A DNA stretch of 64,000 nucleotides, from contig JBMNFL010000001.1 in the NCBI GenBank assembly GCA_050949315.1, forward strand, positions 480,001 through 544,000. The letters run 5' to 3'. Source of the stretch: Bacilli bacterium (GTDB taxonomy: Bacteria; Bacillota_I; Bacilli_A; RFN20; UBA1709). Shown one piece after another: positions 27,734 through 38,648 of this stretch. The translations under genes were made by a program, and so were the position numbers. How positions within the stretch are numbered: the first letter of the stretch is position 1; every line of letters starts with the position of its first letter. The notes below the pieces were generated by a model, which saw nothing but the letters and a program-made list of their open reading frames with translations, did no database searches and had not been told where the DNA came from.

Positions 27734-28921
27734 TTATTTAATAATGGCACTGACGTTGCCAGCACCAACGGTCCTGCCACCTTCACGGATGGAGAATTTG
27801 GTTCCCGGCTCAATGGCGATGGGGTGAATTAATTCAACTTCCATCTCGACATTATCGCCAGGCATAACCATCTCGACACCAGCTGGTAGTTTGATAACAC
27901 CAGTAACATCGGTGGTCCGGAAATAGAATTGGGGACGATAGTTAGCGAAGAAGGGAGTGTGTCTTCCACCTTCATCTTTAGAAAGAACATAGACTTGGGC
28001 CTTAAAGCTGACGTGGGGCTTAACTGAACCTGGTTTTGCGATAACTTGACCACGGACAACTTCCTCACGGTTCACACCACGGAGTAAGACACCAACGTTG
28101 TCGCCAGCCTCCGCATAGTCTAACAATTTACGGAACATTTCAATACCAGTAGCTACTGACTTGCGGGTTTCCTTAATACCGACAATTTCAACATCATCGT
28201 TGAGATTCAAGCGACCACGCTCAACTCTACCCGTAGCCACGGTTCCACGACCAGTGATGGTGAAGACGTCTTCAACTGGTAGTAAGAAGGGCTTATCAAT
28301 TTCTCTAACTGGTAGAGGAATATAAGTGTCAACCGCCTCCATTAATTCATAAATGGGTTTGACATTCTCTTCAGTGGGTTTTTCAAGGGCCAGTAAAGCG
28401 GAACCGCGAATAACTGGGCAATTATCACCATCAAAACCATATTCGTTTAAAAGGTCACGAACTTCCATTTCAACTAAGTCAATTAATTCAGGATCATCGA
28501 CTTGGTCGGTCTTGTTTAAGAAGACGATAATTTTGGGAACACCAACTTGTCTTGAAAGTAGGATGTGTTCTCTAGTTTGGGGCATGGGGCCATCGGTGGA
28601 AGCGACAACTAAAATCGCGCCATCCATCTGGGCGGCACCCGTAATCATATTTTTAATGTAGTCCGCGTGTCCTGGGCAGTCAACGTGGGCATAGTGCCGC
28701 GTTTCCGTATGATATTCGATATGGGCAGTATTGATTGTAATACCCCGAGTCTTCTCTTCGGGAGCGGCGTCAATTTGGGAGTAAGAGCGAACTTCTCCAC
28801 CATATTTCTTAGCCAAGGCCATTGTAATAGCAGCTGTTAAAGTGGTTTTACCATGGTCAACGTGACCGATAGTTCCGATATTAACGTGGGCTAAACTTCT
28901 GTCAAATTTTGCTTTTGCCAT
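27734..28921 (-). CDS. tuf: Elongation factor Tu
   Basis: [30 protein letters not shown]. Confidence 0.99.
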   Translation of the reverse strand: MAKAKFDRSLAHVNIGTIGHVDHGKTTLTAAITMALAKKYGGEVRSYSQIDAAPEEKTRGITINTAHIEYHTETRHYAHVDCPGHADYIKNMITGAAQMDGAILVVASTDGPMPQTREHILLSRQVGVPKIIVFLNKTDQVDDPELIDLVEMEVRDLLNEYGFDGDNCPVIRGSALLALEKPTEENVKPIYELMEAVDTYIPLPVREIDKPFLLPVEDVFTITGRGTVATGRVERGRLNLNDDVEIVGIKETRKSVATGIEMFRKLLDYAEAGDNVGVLLRGVNREEVVRGQVIAKPGSVKPHVSFKAQVYVLSKDEGGRHTPFFANYRPQFYFRTTDVTGVIKLPAGVEMVMPGDNVEMEVELIHPIAIEPGTKFSIREGGRTVGAGNVSAIIK

Positions 28922-28990
28922 AAAAATTACTTTCCTCCTTGTGTAATCTTATTCTATTTTACTTATTTTTTTTGTTAAAATCAATAACAA

Positions 28991-31063
28991 TTAAACAGCA
29001 CCATGCTTTTTAATAATCTCTTCGCTAACCAAACGTGGTGCTTCCTTGTAGCAAGAGAATTGCATTGAATAATTCCCACGACCCTGGGTATTGGATCGCA
29101 GGTCCGTCGCGTAGCCAAACATTTCAGCTAGTGGGACTAAAGATTTGATAATCTGAGCATTACCCCTCTGCTCCATGCCCTCAATGCTGCCACGCCTGGC
29201 GTTGATATCACCCATGACATCACCCATATATTCATTAGGAACCGTCACTTCCACGGCCATGATGGGTTCAAGAATAACAGGTTTACATTTTTTAGCAGCT
29301 TCCCTAAGGGCCAAACTAGCAGCCACCTTATAGGCCATTTCGCTAGAGTCCACATCGTGATAGGAACCATCAAATAAAGTTGCCTTCACATCGATGACAG
29401 GAAAACCTGCACTAATACCCGTAGAAAGAGCATCCTGTAAACCTAAATCAATGGGCTTGATATATTCTTTGGGTATCGCTCCCCCAACAATCTTGTCGAT
29501 AAATTCGTACCCGCGGCCTGGGTTGGGTTCAAACTTAATCCAACAATGACCATATTGTCCACGACCCCCAGATTGCCGAATGTAACGACCCTCACAATCG
29601 CCTTCTTGGGTTATTGTCTCGCGATAAGAGACCTGAGGCGCTCCAACATTGGCATCAACCTTATATTCTCTTCTTAGGCGATCGACAATGATATCGAGGT
29701 GCAACTCACCCATACCTGCGATAATAGTCTGCCCAGTTTCATTATCGGTATAGGCCTTAAAGGTGGGGTCTTCTTCGGCTAACTTGATAAGAGCCGCCGC
29801 TAATTTATCTTGATCGGCTCGTGATCTTGGCTCAATCGCCTGATGAATAACCGGTTCTGGAAAGATCATTGATTCTAAAATGATAGGCTTATCAAGATCA
29901 CAAAGGGTATCACCCGTACTCGTACTCTTAAGGCCAACAGCCGCCGCGATATCGCCAGCATAAACATCACTGATATCCGCCCTATTGTTGGCGTGCATCC
30001 TAACAATACGACCTAATCTTTCTTTAGTTCCTTTAGAGGCATTATAGATATAAGTCCCCGCCGAGGCATGACCTGAATAGACTCTAAAGAAGGCTAATTT
30101 ACCGACAAAGGGATCGGTAACAATCTTAAAAGCCAAAGCGGCAAAGGGGGCCTTATCATCAACCTCACGAATTTCTTCCTCGCCTCTTTCATTGCTACCC
30201 TTAATGGCCTCAACATCACTAGGAGAAGGTAGGTAATCGATAACCGCATCCAGTAAGGGTTGAATGCCCTTATCTTTATAGGCCGAGCCACAGAGGACAG
30301 GGAAGAAGGAGCCAGAAATAACACCTTTACGAATGGCTGATTTGATTTCCTCAATGCTGGGTTCTTCACCCTCTAAAATCTTCATCATTAAATCATCGTC
30401 AAATTCCGCAATTTTTTCTAACAGTTCTAATCTTAGTTCCTCACACCTATTAACTAGATTAGCAGGAACACTTTTTTCAACTAACTTTTCGCCCTTTTCT
30501 CCTTCAAAGTAATAAGCCACACGCCGAATAATATCGACGGCTCCTTCAAAGTCTTGGGCACTGCCGATGGGATATTGGACGGGATGAGCATTAGCCTCTA
30601 AACGGCTATGGATACTTCTTACACTCATCTCAAAATCCGCCCCTACGGCATCCATTTTATTAACAAAAACAATTCTGGGAACTTGGTAAGTTGTACCTTG
30701 GCGCCAAACCGTTTCGGTCTGGGGTTCAACCCCGTTTTTACCATCCAGAATGGTAACCGCCCCATCTAGGACCCTTAATGAACGCTCAACTTCAACCGTA
30801 AAGTCAACATGTCCTGGGGTATCGATAACGTTGATGCAATAACCCTTCCAGTGGGCCGTAGTGGCCGCTGAGGTAATGGTGATGCCTCTTTCTTTTTCTT
30901 GAGCCATCCAGTCCATAACCGCCGTGCCTTCATGGGTCTCACCTAATTTATGGGTGATGCCTGTAAAATAAAGAATTCTCTCCGTACAGGTGGTCTTCCC
31001 CGCATCAATATGCGCCATAATTCCGATATTACGGGTCTTTTCTAAGGGATATTCACGCGCCAT
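28991..31063 (-). CDS. fusA: Elongation factor G
   Basis: [43 protein letters not shown]. Confidence 0.99.
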   Translation of the reverse strand: MAREYPLEKTRNIGIMAHIDAGKTTCTERILYFTGITHKLGETHEGTAVMDWMAQEKERGITITSAATTAHWKGYCINVIDTPGHVDFTVEVERSLRVLDGAVTILDGKNGVEPQTETVWRQGTTYQVPRIVFVNKMDAVGADFEMSVRSIHSRLEANAHPVQYPIGSAQDFEGAVDIIRRVAYYFEGEKGEKLVEKSVPANLVNRCEELRLELLEKIAEFDDDLMMKILEGEEPSIEEIKSAIRKGVISGSFFPVLCGSAYKDKGIQPLLDAVIDYLPSPSDVEAIKGSNERGEEEIREVDDKAPFAALAFKIVTDPFVGKLAFFRVYSGHASAGTYIYNASKGTKERLGRIVRMHANNRADISDVYAGDIAAAVGLKSTSTGDTLCDLDKPIILESMIFPEPVIHQAIEPRSRADQDKLAAALIKLAEEDPTFKAYTDNETGQTIIAGMGELHLDIIVDRLRREYKVDANVGAPQVSYRETITQEGDCEGRYIRQSGGRGQYGHCWIKFEPNPGRGYEFIDKIVGGAIPKEYIKPIDLGLQDALSTGISAGFPVIDVKATLFDGSYHDVDSSEMAYKVAASLALREAAKKCKPVILEPIMAVEVTVPNEYMGDVMGDINARRGSIEGMEQRGNAQIIKSLVPLAEMFGYATDLRSNTQGRGNYSMQFSCYKEAPRLVSEEIIKKHGAV

Positions 31064-31117
31064 ACACTTTCCTCCTCCCTTCTTCTAATACTTTCTTCAT
31101 ACAATCCTTATCAGTGA

Positions 31118-31588
31118 TTACCAACGGAAGTGGGCAAAGGCCTTATTGGCTTCTGCCATCTTATGGGTATCATCACGTTTCTTAACTGAATTTCCCACTC
31201 CATTGCTAGCATCAATGATTTCATTACAGAGTCTTTCCTCCATCGACTTTTCGTTACGAGTTCTTGAATAACTGACCAACCATCTTAAGCCTAAAGAAAT
31301 TCTTCTTTCAGGCGAAACTTCCACAGGAACTTGATAGTTGGAACCGCCAACCCGACGAGCCTTTAATTCTAATGAAGGCATAATATTGTTGATGGCGACA
31401 TCAAAGACTTCAATTGCCGGTTTATTGGTCTTCTTCTCCACCATATTAAAGGCGGTATAAAGTAAATCCTGAGCCGTACCCTTCTTGCCATCTAACATAA
31501 TCTTATTAATCAAACGTGTAACTAATTTAGAGTTATAAATTGGATCTGGTAAAACATCTCTTCTAGCTACACTACCTTTACGTGGCAT
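31118..31588 (-). CDS. rpsG: 30S ribosomal protein S7
   Basis: [28 protein letters not shown]. Confidence 0.99.
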   Translation of the reverse strand: MPRKGSVARRDVLPDPIYNSKLVTRLINKIMLDGKKGTAQDLLYTAFNMVEKKTNKPAIEVFDVAINNIMPSLELKARRVGGSNYQVPVEVSPERRISLGLRWLVSYSRTRNEKSMEERLCNEIIDASNGVGNSVKKRDDTHKMAEANKAFAHFRW

Positions 31589-31612
31589 AATACATTTCTC
31601 CTTTCTTGAAAA

Positions 31613-32023
31613 TTATTTAGGCTTTTTAGCCCCATAATGTGAACGCCCTTGTCTACGCGCATCCACCCCCGCACAGTCAAGTGTTCCCCTGACGATGTGA
31701 TAACGCACACCAGGTAAATCCTTGACACGGCCGCCTCTAATCATGACGACACTGTGCTCTTGTAAGTTATGGCCTTCACCACCGATATAAGCGGTAACCT
31801 CATTGCCATTGCTTAAGCGAACACGAGCATACTTACGTAAAGCCGAGTTAGGCTTTTTAGGTGTCATGGTTCCAACCCGTGTACAAACCCCTCTTTTTTG
31901 AGGCGAATTGGTTTTGGTAACCTTCTTTTGTAACGAGTTCCAACCTTTATTTAAAGCCGGAGCTTTGGATTTGAAAGTAACCTTTTTTCGTCCCTGACGA
32001 ACTAACTGATTGATTGTTGGCAT
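31613..32023 (-). CDS. rpsL: 30S ribosomal protein S12
   Basis: [29 protein letters not shown]; ATG 32023 after RBS aaggagg. Confidence 0.99.
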   Translation of the reverse strand: MPTINQLVRQGRKKVTFKSKAPALNKGWNSLQKKVTKTNSPQKRGVCTRVGTMTPKKPNSALRKYARVRLSNGNEVTAYIGGEGHNLQEHSVVMIRGGRVKDLPGVRYHIVRGTLDCAGVDARRQGRSHYGAKKPK

Positions 32024-32050
32024 ATAGTTCCCTCCTTTCAAAGAATTTAT

Positions 32051-32067
32051 TCACACAATACCAGGCG
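32051..32067 (-). promoter_or_regulatory. Possible conserved rpsL leader motif (CCTGG..TGTGTG)
   Basis: Minus strand cgCCTGGtatTGTGTGa ~30 nt before rpsL; resembles a motif I recall upstream of rpsL in Bacilli (from memory, unverified). Confidence 0.4.
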
Positions 32068-32208
32068 TTTTAAATCCTCTCTTTTTAAAGGTCTTCCCAA
32101 TTGAAGACTTAAACGAATATATCTAAAACGGCCTTTTTTATGTACCGCAACGATATTCTACTTAAGTAGAAATAACTTGTCAACCATTTTTTACTAAATA
32201 ATAGGAAT

Positions 32209-32868
32209 TTAAACTAACTCGTTTAATTTATAATCAAACAAAGAAAATTCCGCCTCATTATCTAAACTTTTTAAGCAGCAGGCCAGTTGATACTCTCTCT
32301 GTAGAGTATATTCTTTAAAGATATAATTAGAGGTGTTTTCTTGATCAAAGACCTTAATAACCCGACCTTGAACATCAATTGAAAAACTATTCAAAGCCTT
32401 CCTTAAACCTAAACCTAACAGCTTTAAATAACTCTCTTTTAAGGTCCAAAGACGATAAAACATCAGTTTAGGATTAGAACTTGTCTTTATAATTTCCTTT
32501 TCCTTATCGGTAAAAAAGCGCTTAGCAAGACCTTCTCTTAAAGGAGCAATATATTCAATATCACAAGCGACTTCACTTAAAGAAATGACTAAAACAACCA
32601 AATCCTTAGAATGGGAAATACCAATATGATATTGAGAATATTTTTTTAAATAAGGCTTACCACTATCTTGATAATCAATAGCAGGACTAGGATTGCGCAC
32701 CCCTAAATCTCTAAGGGCTTTTAATAAGAGTAATCTTTCGGCTAAAAACACCCTCTTCTCTTTAAAACCTACACCCTTAAATTCTTGATTAATAACTAAA
32801 GAAGCTTTTTTAAACAAAGCTTCATCTTTTAAGGGTCTAATATCTGTTAAATAAATTTTAACCGTCAC
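32209..32868 (-). CDS. Sfp-type 4'-phosphopantetheinyl transferase
   Basis: GKPYL, ISHS, ACDIE, WTLKESYLK..GLG. Confidence 0.92.
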   Translation of the reverse strand: MTVKIYLTDIRPLKDEALFKKASLVINQEFKGVGFKEKRVFLAERLLLLKALRDLGVRNPSPAIDYQDSGKPYLKKYSQYHIGISHSKDLVVLVISLSEVACDIEYIAPLREGLAKRFFTDKEKEIIKTSSNPKLMFYRLWTLKESYLKLLGLGLRKALNSFSIDVQGRVIKVFDQENTSNYIFKEYTLQREYQLACCLKSLDNEAEFSLFDYKLNELV

Positions 32869-32887
32869 TTTTCTATCCTTTCATTTG

Positions 32888-33355
32888 CTATGTCGCATCC
32901 TTAATATCCAAAAGCTTTAAACCTCGATAAGAGCAGTGGTATTTAAATACCTTCCCCTCTAAAATCCTATTGATAAACAAAGGAATATTCTTAGCTATCC
33001 CTTGATTATTAGGATTTAGAATCCATGAGGTTTTTTTCCAATCTAAAATCCCTTCACGATACTTAAGTGGGGTTTTTAAATACTCCTTACTAAAGCCATG
33101 ATAACAGGCAATTAAACCTCTGTCATTAGGATCATCTTCATTAGACCAACTAAAAGAACCACAAAAACTTAGAGTTTCAAGCTCTAAGCCTGTTTCTTCT
33201 TTGGTTTCTCTTAGCGCACAGTCTAAGGAAGATTCATTCTTTTTTACTTTGCCACCAAGACCATTCCAGCAACCAAACCAGGAACCCTTTTCACGATTGA
33301 TTAAAAGAAACTCGTCTTGATAACGAATAAAAACTAAGGTATGGGTATAGTTCAT
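32888..33355 (-). CDS. NUDIX hydrolase (MutT-like)
   Basis: Nudix box GGKVKKNESSLDCALRETKEETGL. Confidence 0.9.
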   Translation of the reverse strand: MNYTHTLVFIRYQDEFLLINREKGSWFGCWNGLGGKVKKNESSLDCALRETKEETGLELETLSFCGSFSWSNEDDPNDRGLIACYHGFSKEYLKTPLKYREGILDWKKTSWILNPNNQGIAKNIPLFINRILEGKVFKYHCSYRGLKLLDIKDAT

Positions 33356-33364
33356 AATAACGAT

Positions 33365-33391
33365 AAAGAAGGGAGGGGAGTTCCCCTCCCT
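33365..33391 (-). terminator. Terminator of the ABC/nuclease operon
   Basis: AGGGAGGGGA/TCCCCTCCCT hairpin then TCTTT on the minus strand. Confidence 0.8.
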
Positions 33392-33417
33392 ATTAATACT
33401 TTATAAGGATTTAAAAA

Positions 33418-35925
33418 CTAACGTAATTCGACAGAGGCGATGTAGGCAGCAGCCTCTCCAGCCTTAATTGTTATTGTCCCAGCTTCGGTAGCCGTAACAT
33501 TGTAAATTAAGGTATAAGCATAAACTGTGTATTTTCCACTCTTTTGGCCAGTGTCAACACGATTAGCTTGGATAGTAGTGGCATCATCAACTGTTGTCAA
33601 AGTGGTTTCACCAAATTTAACAACTGGCTGCTTATCATTCGCTGCATAATCAAAGGTACTATATGTTGTTAAAACTACTTGTTCGGGTTTTTCATTTGCA
33701 ATAGTTATGGTACCTAACGCCTTCTTTAATTGAATATATTCTAAGGTTCCAAAGTTTTTAAATGTATAAGAAACATCTTTTGATAGGTTAACTTCGTGAC
33801 CGTAGATGCTATAATCAACCGCTTCTTTAGAATAGTCAGTGACACCAACAAATGAATTAGCAGTTAATTTTAGAAGCGCTACTTCAGTTTGAGCATACGC
33901 TGCACCTTTATCAACAACAGCCTGGATTTGTAAGGTAACACCAGATTTACTTAAACCACGAACATAGGCATAAACATCAACTTCGGTTGCTGTGCCTTTC
34001 TTGGGATCAAGATCGTTGGTTTTGATGGTGTCATTGTAGTAAAGGGTAGCAACCCGAGTAGAAGTTGCGTCATTAGCAGTGGCATAAAGATTAATATATT
34101 TATTCCCCTTACTATCTTCGGTCTCGACCAAATAACCAGTAGCCTTTACTAATTTACCAGTGTACTCAGTTATTTGAGTCGCTAAATCAGTTTCACAAGC
34201 AGTCTTGATGGTTCCAATATTGTCTTTATCAATGGTTTTTTGGACCTTGCCAGTATAATTATGGCCAGTTGAGACAACCTTAACTGCCGTTGTCTTAGAT
34301 TGTGGGAAGTCCTGGTGTTCCGCATACTTGGTGGTAACGATGACTTCATCACCTAAGTTAACTTTGAATTTCTCATAACTGAAGACGGCTCCAGTTCCAT
34401 CATCAATAACAAATGACCCAACTGCCGTGTCACTACCACCCGCTGCCACAACATAACCATGTAAATATTGGACATTCTTATCATCTTTATTGGTTAAGAA
34501 ATTGGCAACAGTTGTATAGGTCAAAGCTGTTTCAAGCGTGATGTCTTTGGTTTTTTGAGCTTCACCTAATTTACTTGTCGCTCTAATTACGATTTGATCG
34601 TAAGAAGAATCAACCTTGATTTTTAGTTTGCCATCAGCAATGGAAACAAGTGTCGCATCAGTAGGTTCAACTACTGCCCAAGTAATCTCTGGTGTATTAA
34701 AGACATCACCAGTTGTTGGGAGCGTGATTTCAACATCTTCTGTGTAGGCAGCGGCAAACTTACCGGCAACCTCACCTAAAGAACCCGCCACTTTGAAAGC
34801 ATCATCATTGGTAAAGCTTTTGACGATGGCTGGGAACTTGGTTGAGCCGTAAACTTGAATATTGTGGCTATAAACGGTGGCGATACCTTCAAGATCAAAG
34901 GCTTGTTGGCTTTCTACCAAAGCTAGGAAGTTAGCCTTAAACTCTTTTCTTTGAGCATCGCTTAGGAAGTAATAACTATCATAGATGTTATATTCTGTTG
35001 TTCCTTCCCCAACTTTGAAATAATAGTTAGAGCCATCAACTCTTGTTGCCTTACAGCCCTTAAGCTCAACATAATTATTTTGATATTCGGCTGTGAAGTT
35101 TTTAGCGCTAGTCCAAGTCGCCCAATCAGTAGAGCCATCTTTGACTTTTACTTCTTGAGTGTCGCCAGTATAAACGTGAACGGTGCAGTTTTTGCCGAAT
35201 TCTTGTTGGCCAGAATAATCACTGCGTTTACCAGTAACGACTACTACATCGCCAACTTTCGCTGTGTTTTTCGCAGGAAGATACGCGTAATAGCCATTAC
35301 CAGCAGCATCTTGGAAATAGAAACTACCTTTACTAGGACCACTTCCTAAGATATCTAACACCACACCTTTGATATTCATGGTGTTTGTCCCTGTTGCACC
35401 TTCCTCATCCCATTCTGCCCTAGTATTTAAGACAAATTTGGGAGTTCTGTAAGCGAAGAAGCCTTTATCGGCGCCGACAATATCAGCTAAGGTCATGCTT
35501 ACGCCTTCATAGGTAAAAGTTGGGGTGAGTTTAAAGGTTGTATCTTCAGTAACCTTTTCATCATAATAGCCAACGTAAATGGTATCGTAATCTGCATCCT
35601 CAGTTACGACATATTTAACTGCGTCTTGAGTCACACCACCTGTGATTTCTAAGTTCCAGGTTATCTGGACATCATGTCCATCATAATTGGTGTGCGTAAC
35701 GACATCGAATGAATCGGTTTTGTCTATAACATCATGTTGGTAATACATTGACCAAACATAGCTACCAGCACCAGAAACGATGTTTTGGTATTCCTGTGTT
35801 CTATCAACACTAGTAGTACTGTCAGGACTGCTAGAACTGCTACTTGTCTTACCGCAGCCAACCAGTGAACCAACCGCTAGTACTAAACCGAGTAGTAATG
35901 TGCCTAATTTAGTTACTTTTTTCAT
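33418..35925 (-). CDS. Large lipoprotein with multiple OB-fold-like (nucleic-acid-binding) domains
   Basis: Lipobox LVGC, Ser/Thr linker; IKGVV..FYFQD..VGDVVVVTG and LHGYVV..FVIDDGTG..LGDEVIV resemble YhcR-type OB folds; no catalytic motif recognised. Confidence 0.75.
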   Translation of the reverse strand: MKKVTKLGTLLLGLVLAVGSLVGCGKTSSSSSSPDSTTSVDRTQEYQNIVSGAGSYVWSMYYQHDVIDKTDSFDVVTHTNYDGHDVQITWNLEITGGVTQDAVKYVVTEDADYDTIYVGYYDEKVTEDTTFKLTPTFTYEGVSMTLADIVGADKGFFAYRTPKFVLNTRAEWDEEGATGTNTMNIKGVVLDILGSGPSKGSFYFQDAAGNGYYAYLPAKNTAKVGDVVVVTGKRSDYSGQQEFGKNCTVHVYTGDTQEVKVKDGSTDWATWTSAKNFTAEYQNNYVELKGCKATRVDGSNYYFKVGEGTTEYNIYDSYYFLSDAQRKEFKANFLALVESQQAFDLEGIATVYSHNIQVYGSTKFPAIVKSFTNDDAFKVAGSLGEVAGKFAAAYTEDVEITLPTTGDVFNTPEITWAVVEPTDATLVSIADGKLKIKVDSSYDQIVIRATSKLGEAQKTKDITLETALTYTTVANFLTNKDDKNVQYLHGYVVAAGGSDTAVGSFVIDDGTGAVFSYEKFKVNLGDEVIVTTKYAEHQDFPQSKTTAVKVVSTGHNYTGKVQKTIDKDNIGTIKTACETDLATQITEYTGKLVKATGYLVETEDSKGNKYINLYATANDATSTRVATLYYNDTIKTNDLDPKKGTATEVDVYAYVRGLSKSGVTLQIQAVVDKGAAYAQTEVALLKLTANSFVGVTDYSKEAVDYSIYGHEVNLSKDVSYTFKNFGTLEYIQLKKALGTITIANEKPEQVVLTTYSTFDYAANDKQPVVKFGETTLTTVDDATTIQANRVDTGQKSGKYTVYAYTLIYNVTATEAGTITIKAGEAAAYIASVELR

Positions 35926-35954
35926 GTTTTAATTCCTTTCTTTAATTCTTTTAA

Positions 35955-37250
35955 TTAATTTTTAACAGTGATATCACTCCGCTTGTAAACGTGGACTTGA
36001 TAATCACCTTTATAATCGTCAACAGTTCCAATAACATCAATAATCTTATTCTCGTAAGCCTCGGCAGTCACAAGGGTTTTTCCATCCTCTTCATAGAGAA
36101 TTGAAGTACGAATTTTGATTTCATTTTCTTCACTATCTTCACAGGTAAAGGTCATGGCCCCAACTGAAGAAGTGCTAGGATCTGTTGTCGTATAAATACT
36201 TTTAACTGCTAAACCTTCAACTTTGACATAAGTGTCACTTATGCTTGCATCATTTGCTTTAAAATAGGGAACATCGATGAGCCAGGGCTCGACTTCGTTA
36301 TCTTCTGAAACCAAGCGCAAACATTTATCATGTTTAGGCGTCATGGCAAAATAAGTTAAACCCGAAGCCTGGTAGCCAAAATTTTCACTATAGGTAATGG
36401 TGGCTGCAAAGCTCAAACGATTACCAATGGCTAGTAAAAAATTACCTGAAAAGTTATAGCCACTATAGACTTGAATACCGTAGTATTTCTCATCTTCTAA
36501 GTCCCAGTCCACAACGGTATAGGTGTTTTCACCGCCGTTAAGAACGATGACACCTTCAAAACGAACATTGGTATCCACATATTCATCAATATGTGTTCTG
36601 ATTTGTTTTAAGGTCACTTCCCTATAATCGCCATAATCAAAGCCTGGATCTTTAACCTCGCCATAATAACGAAGTTTAAGACTAATCGCCTGATTGTGCG
36701 CCTGAGCGAAAATGTCAGCATATTTAGTTGAGGAATAATTTTTAGTCGCCGCATAACCTTCTTGAAGAAGTTCAAGATTTAGCAAGCGATAATCCGAACT
36801 GTCATCACTCTTATACCAAACCCAGAGTAAGATTCGTCTATCGGTAGTTGAATCGCGATTCCACTTATTATCATCAGATTCAATATAGATAGATTTGGCG
36901 TTTTCTAATTTAGATTTATTAAACAGGGCCGCCGCTTTACCCCAGGGTTGAATCGTTCCCGTAGACTCTGGTGTATCAATGGCTAGATAACGCGCCTTAA
37001 CCACTCCATCTTCATTAATATCTGCATGGAAGTGGGTCGTATCACCATCAATACAGGTCTTTAAAGTAACTTCTTTCTTCAAAGAACTGGTGTCATTGAG
37101 ATCGAGTTTCAATTGCCCAGCATAATCTACAGGATCAGCTAGACTTGACGTAGTTACTGGTGTTGTCGTTGAGGTAGAAGAAGAACTACCACAGCTCAAA
37201 AGAGTTGCAGCAAGTAAAATAATTAATAGATATTTTGCAAACTTCTTCAT
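35955..37250 (-). CDS. Thermonuclease (SNase-family) lipoprotein with C-terminal OB folds
   Basis: Lipobox LLSC; IDGDT, RYLAIDTPES, LNLELLQEGYA. Confidence 0.92.
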   Translation of the reverse strand: MKKFAKYLLIILLAATLLSCGSSSSTSTTTPVTTSSLADPVDYAGQLKLDLNDTSSLKKEVTLKTCIDGDTTHFHADINEDGVVKARYLAIDTPESTGTIQPWGKAAALFNKSKLENAKSIYIESDDNKWNRDSTTDRRILLWVWYKSDDSSDYRLLNLELLQEGYAATKNYSSTKYADIFAQAHNQAISLKLRYYGEVKDPGFDYGDYREVTLKQIRTHIDEYVDTNVRFEGVIVLNGGENTYTVVDWDLEDEKYYGIQVYSGYNFSGNFLLAIGNRLSFAATITYSENFGYQASGLTYFAMTPKHDKCLRLVSEDNEVEPWLIDVPYFKANDASISDTYVKVEGLAVKSIYTTTDPSTSSVGAMTFTCEDSEENEIKIRTSILYEEDGKTLVTAEAYENKIIDVIGTVDDYKGDYQVHVYKRSDITVKN

Positions 37251-37262
37251 AAAAACACCTCT

Positions 37263-38630
37263 CTACCCGATAGCATAGTTACAGTTATCTACGGCATCTT
37301 TAAAGGCCTGATCTATTCCTTTTACGCCGCTGAGCACGGCTGCTAACATGGCCCCAACCTCATCACGCGCTACCGCTGAGCCGACAAAGGCTGGTGAAGA
37401 ATAATAATAACTTTCTTGGGCGATGCATTGCTTGGCTGAGAGCGCAGCAATGTTATCACTGCCATCAGCCCGATTTAAAAAGTCTTGATAAACTTCATTA
37501 GCGAAGACGGATTTGAGAACGGGAACATAGCCAGAGGTCATGGAAAACTCCGCCTGGAACTCTACACTGGTAAGTAAATACCTAGTGAAGAGCCAAGAAG
37601 CCAGAACTTCTTGAGGGTTCTTACTTTTTAAGATACAGACCGAAGGTCCTTGTGAGATGACCCGCTTGCGAGTAGCACTAACTTGCGGAATGGCGGTGAT
37701 GCCTGTTTCAAAAGGACGGACGCCATTGATCTTCTCAGGAACCTGATTGGTCGCGCCTGCTGAAGAGCCAATAGACATATAAGACTTAACTTCCCCTCTA
37801 GAGGTAAATAAACTAGAAGTATATTGGCCGTATAGCGATTTAGTGGTAACTAAACCAGCTTCATACCAGCCCTTAATTTTAGTTAAGAAATCACGATTCG
37901 CCTGATTATCAAAGAGAAAATAAGGCGCTTCATCACTGGTATAGGGTGAATCCAATTGTTCACACATGGTAATAAACCAGTTGGAATCGGAATCATAACC
38001 AAGAGGAATGGATTTAGGGTCAATTACCTTAATCGCTTGACAAACACTTTCCATCTCCTCCCAAGTAGTAGGGACATTGAGTTCGTGTTCCGTAAAGAAA
38101 GTCTTATTGTAATAAAGAACTTCAGTAGATTTAGAGAAGGGCAAACAGTACATCTTATCATCACCGAATTGTTTACCTTCATTGTAGTAAGCCTCAATAA
38201 AGTCCGCTTTTTGAGCGGCAGTTAGGCCTAGGCCATATTTAGTATCATCCATCAGCGTATCTAACTTAATAACCGATTTGGCTTTGTTATAAGTCGCGAC
38301 ATGATCGGGATAACAATAGACAAGGTTCGCCTGCTCGCCAATGGAGAGTTCGGTTTTGATTTGGTCACGCACATCATCATACCCGCCAATAGCCAAAGAA
38401 TTTATCGTAATGTTCGGATAAAGTTCTTCAAAGGCCTCAATGTAGACATTTAAAACATTTTGCAAAGGCTGTCCCATGGTATGGTAAAAACGTATGGTAA
38501 CTTTAGAGTTATCATAACCACCTTCCGGAATGACAAAATCCGGCAAGTTTTCGCTCTTCTTACAACCCGACAGGGTCGGAATGAGAAGAAGCACCATCAA
38601 CGAACAAATAAACCAACGTATTTTTTTCAT
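37263..38630 (-). CDS. ABC transporter solute-binding lipoprotein (CUT1-like), paralog 2
   Basis: Lipobox LSGC; FYHTM, YCYPDHVA, LPFSKSTEVLYYNK, GSSAGA. Confidence 0.92.
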   Translation of the reverse strand: MKKIRWFICSLMVLLLIPTLSGCKKSENLPDFVIPEGGYDNSKVTIRFYHTMGQPLQNVLNVYIEAFEELYPNITINSLAIGGYDDVRDQIKTELSIGEQANLVYCYPDHVATYNKAKSVIKLDTLMDDTKYGLGLTAAQKADFIEAYYNEGKQFGDDKMYCLPFSKSTEVLYYNKTFFTEHELNVPTTWEEMESVCQAIKVIDPKSIPLGYDSDSNWFITMCEQLDSPYTSDEAPYFLFDNQANRDFLTKIKGWYEAGLVTTKSLYGQYTSSLFTSRGEVKSYMSIGSSAGATNQVPEKINGVRPFETGITAIPQVSATRKRVISQGPSVCILKSKNPQEVLASWLFTRYLLTSVEFQAEFSMTSGYVPVLKSVFANEVYQDFLNRADGSDNIAALSAKQCIAQESYYYSSPAFVGSAVARDEVGAMLAAVLSGVKGIDQAFKDAVDNCNYAIG

Positions 38631-38648
38631 TTTAATCTCTTTCTTAAT

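Noticed and set aside
31613-32041. ORF-track upstream starts (rpsL 32041, also 3576, 11076, 27695, 46025, 50073, 53850)
   Set aside because: These extensions run through the Shine-Dalgarno sequence; downstream ATGs with proper RBS spacing were used.
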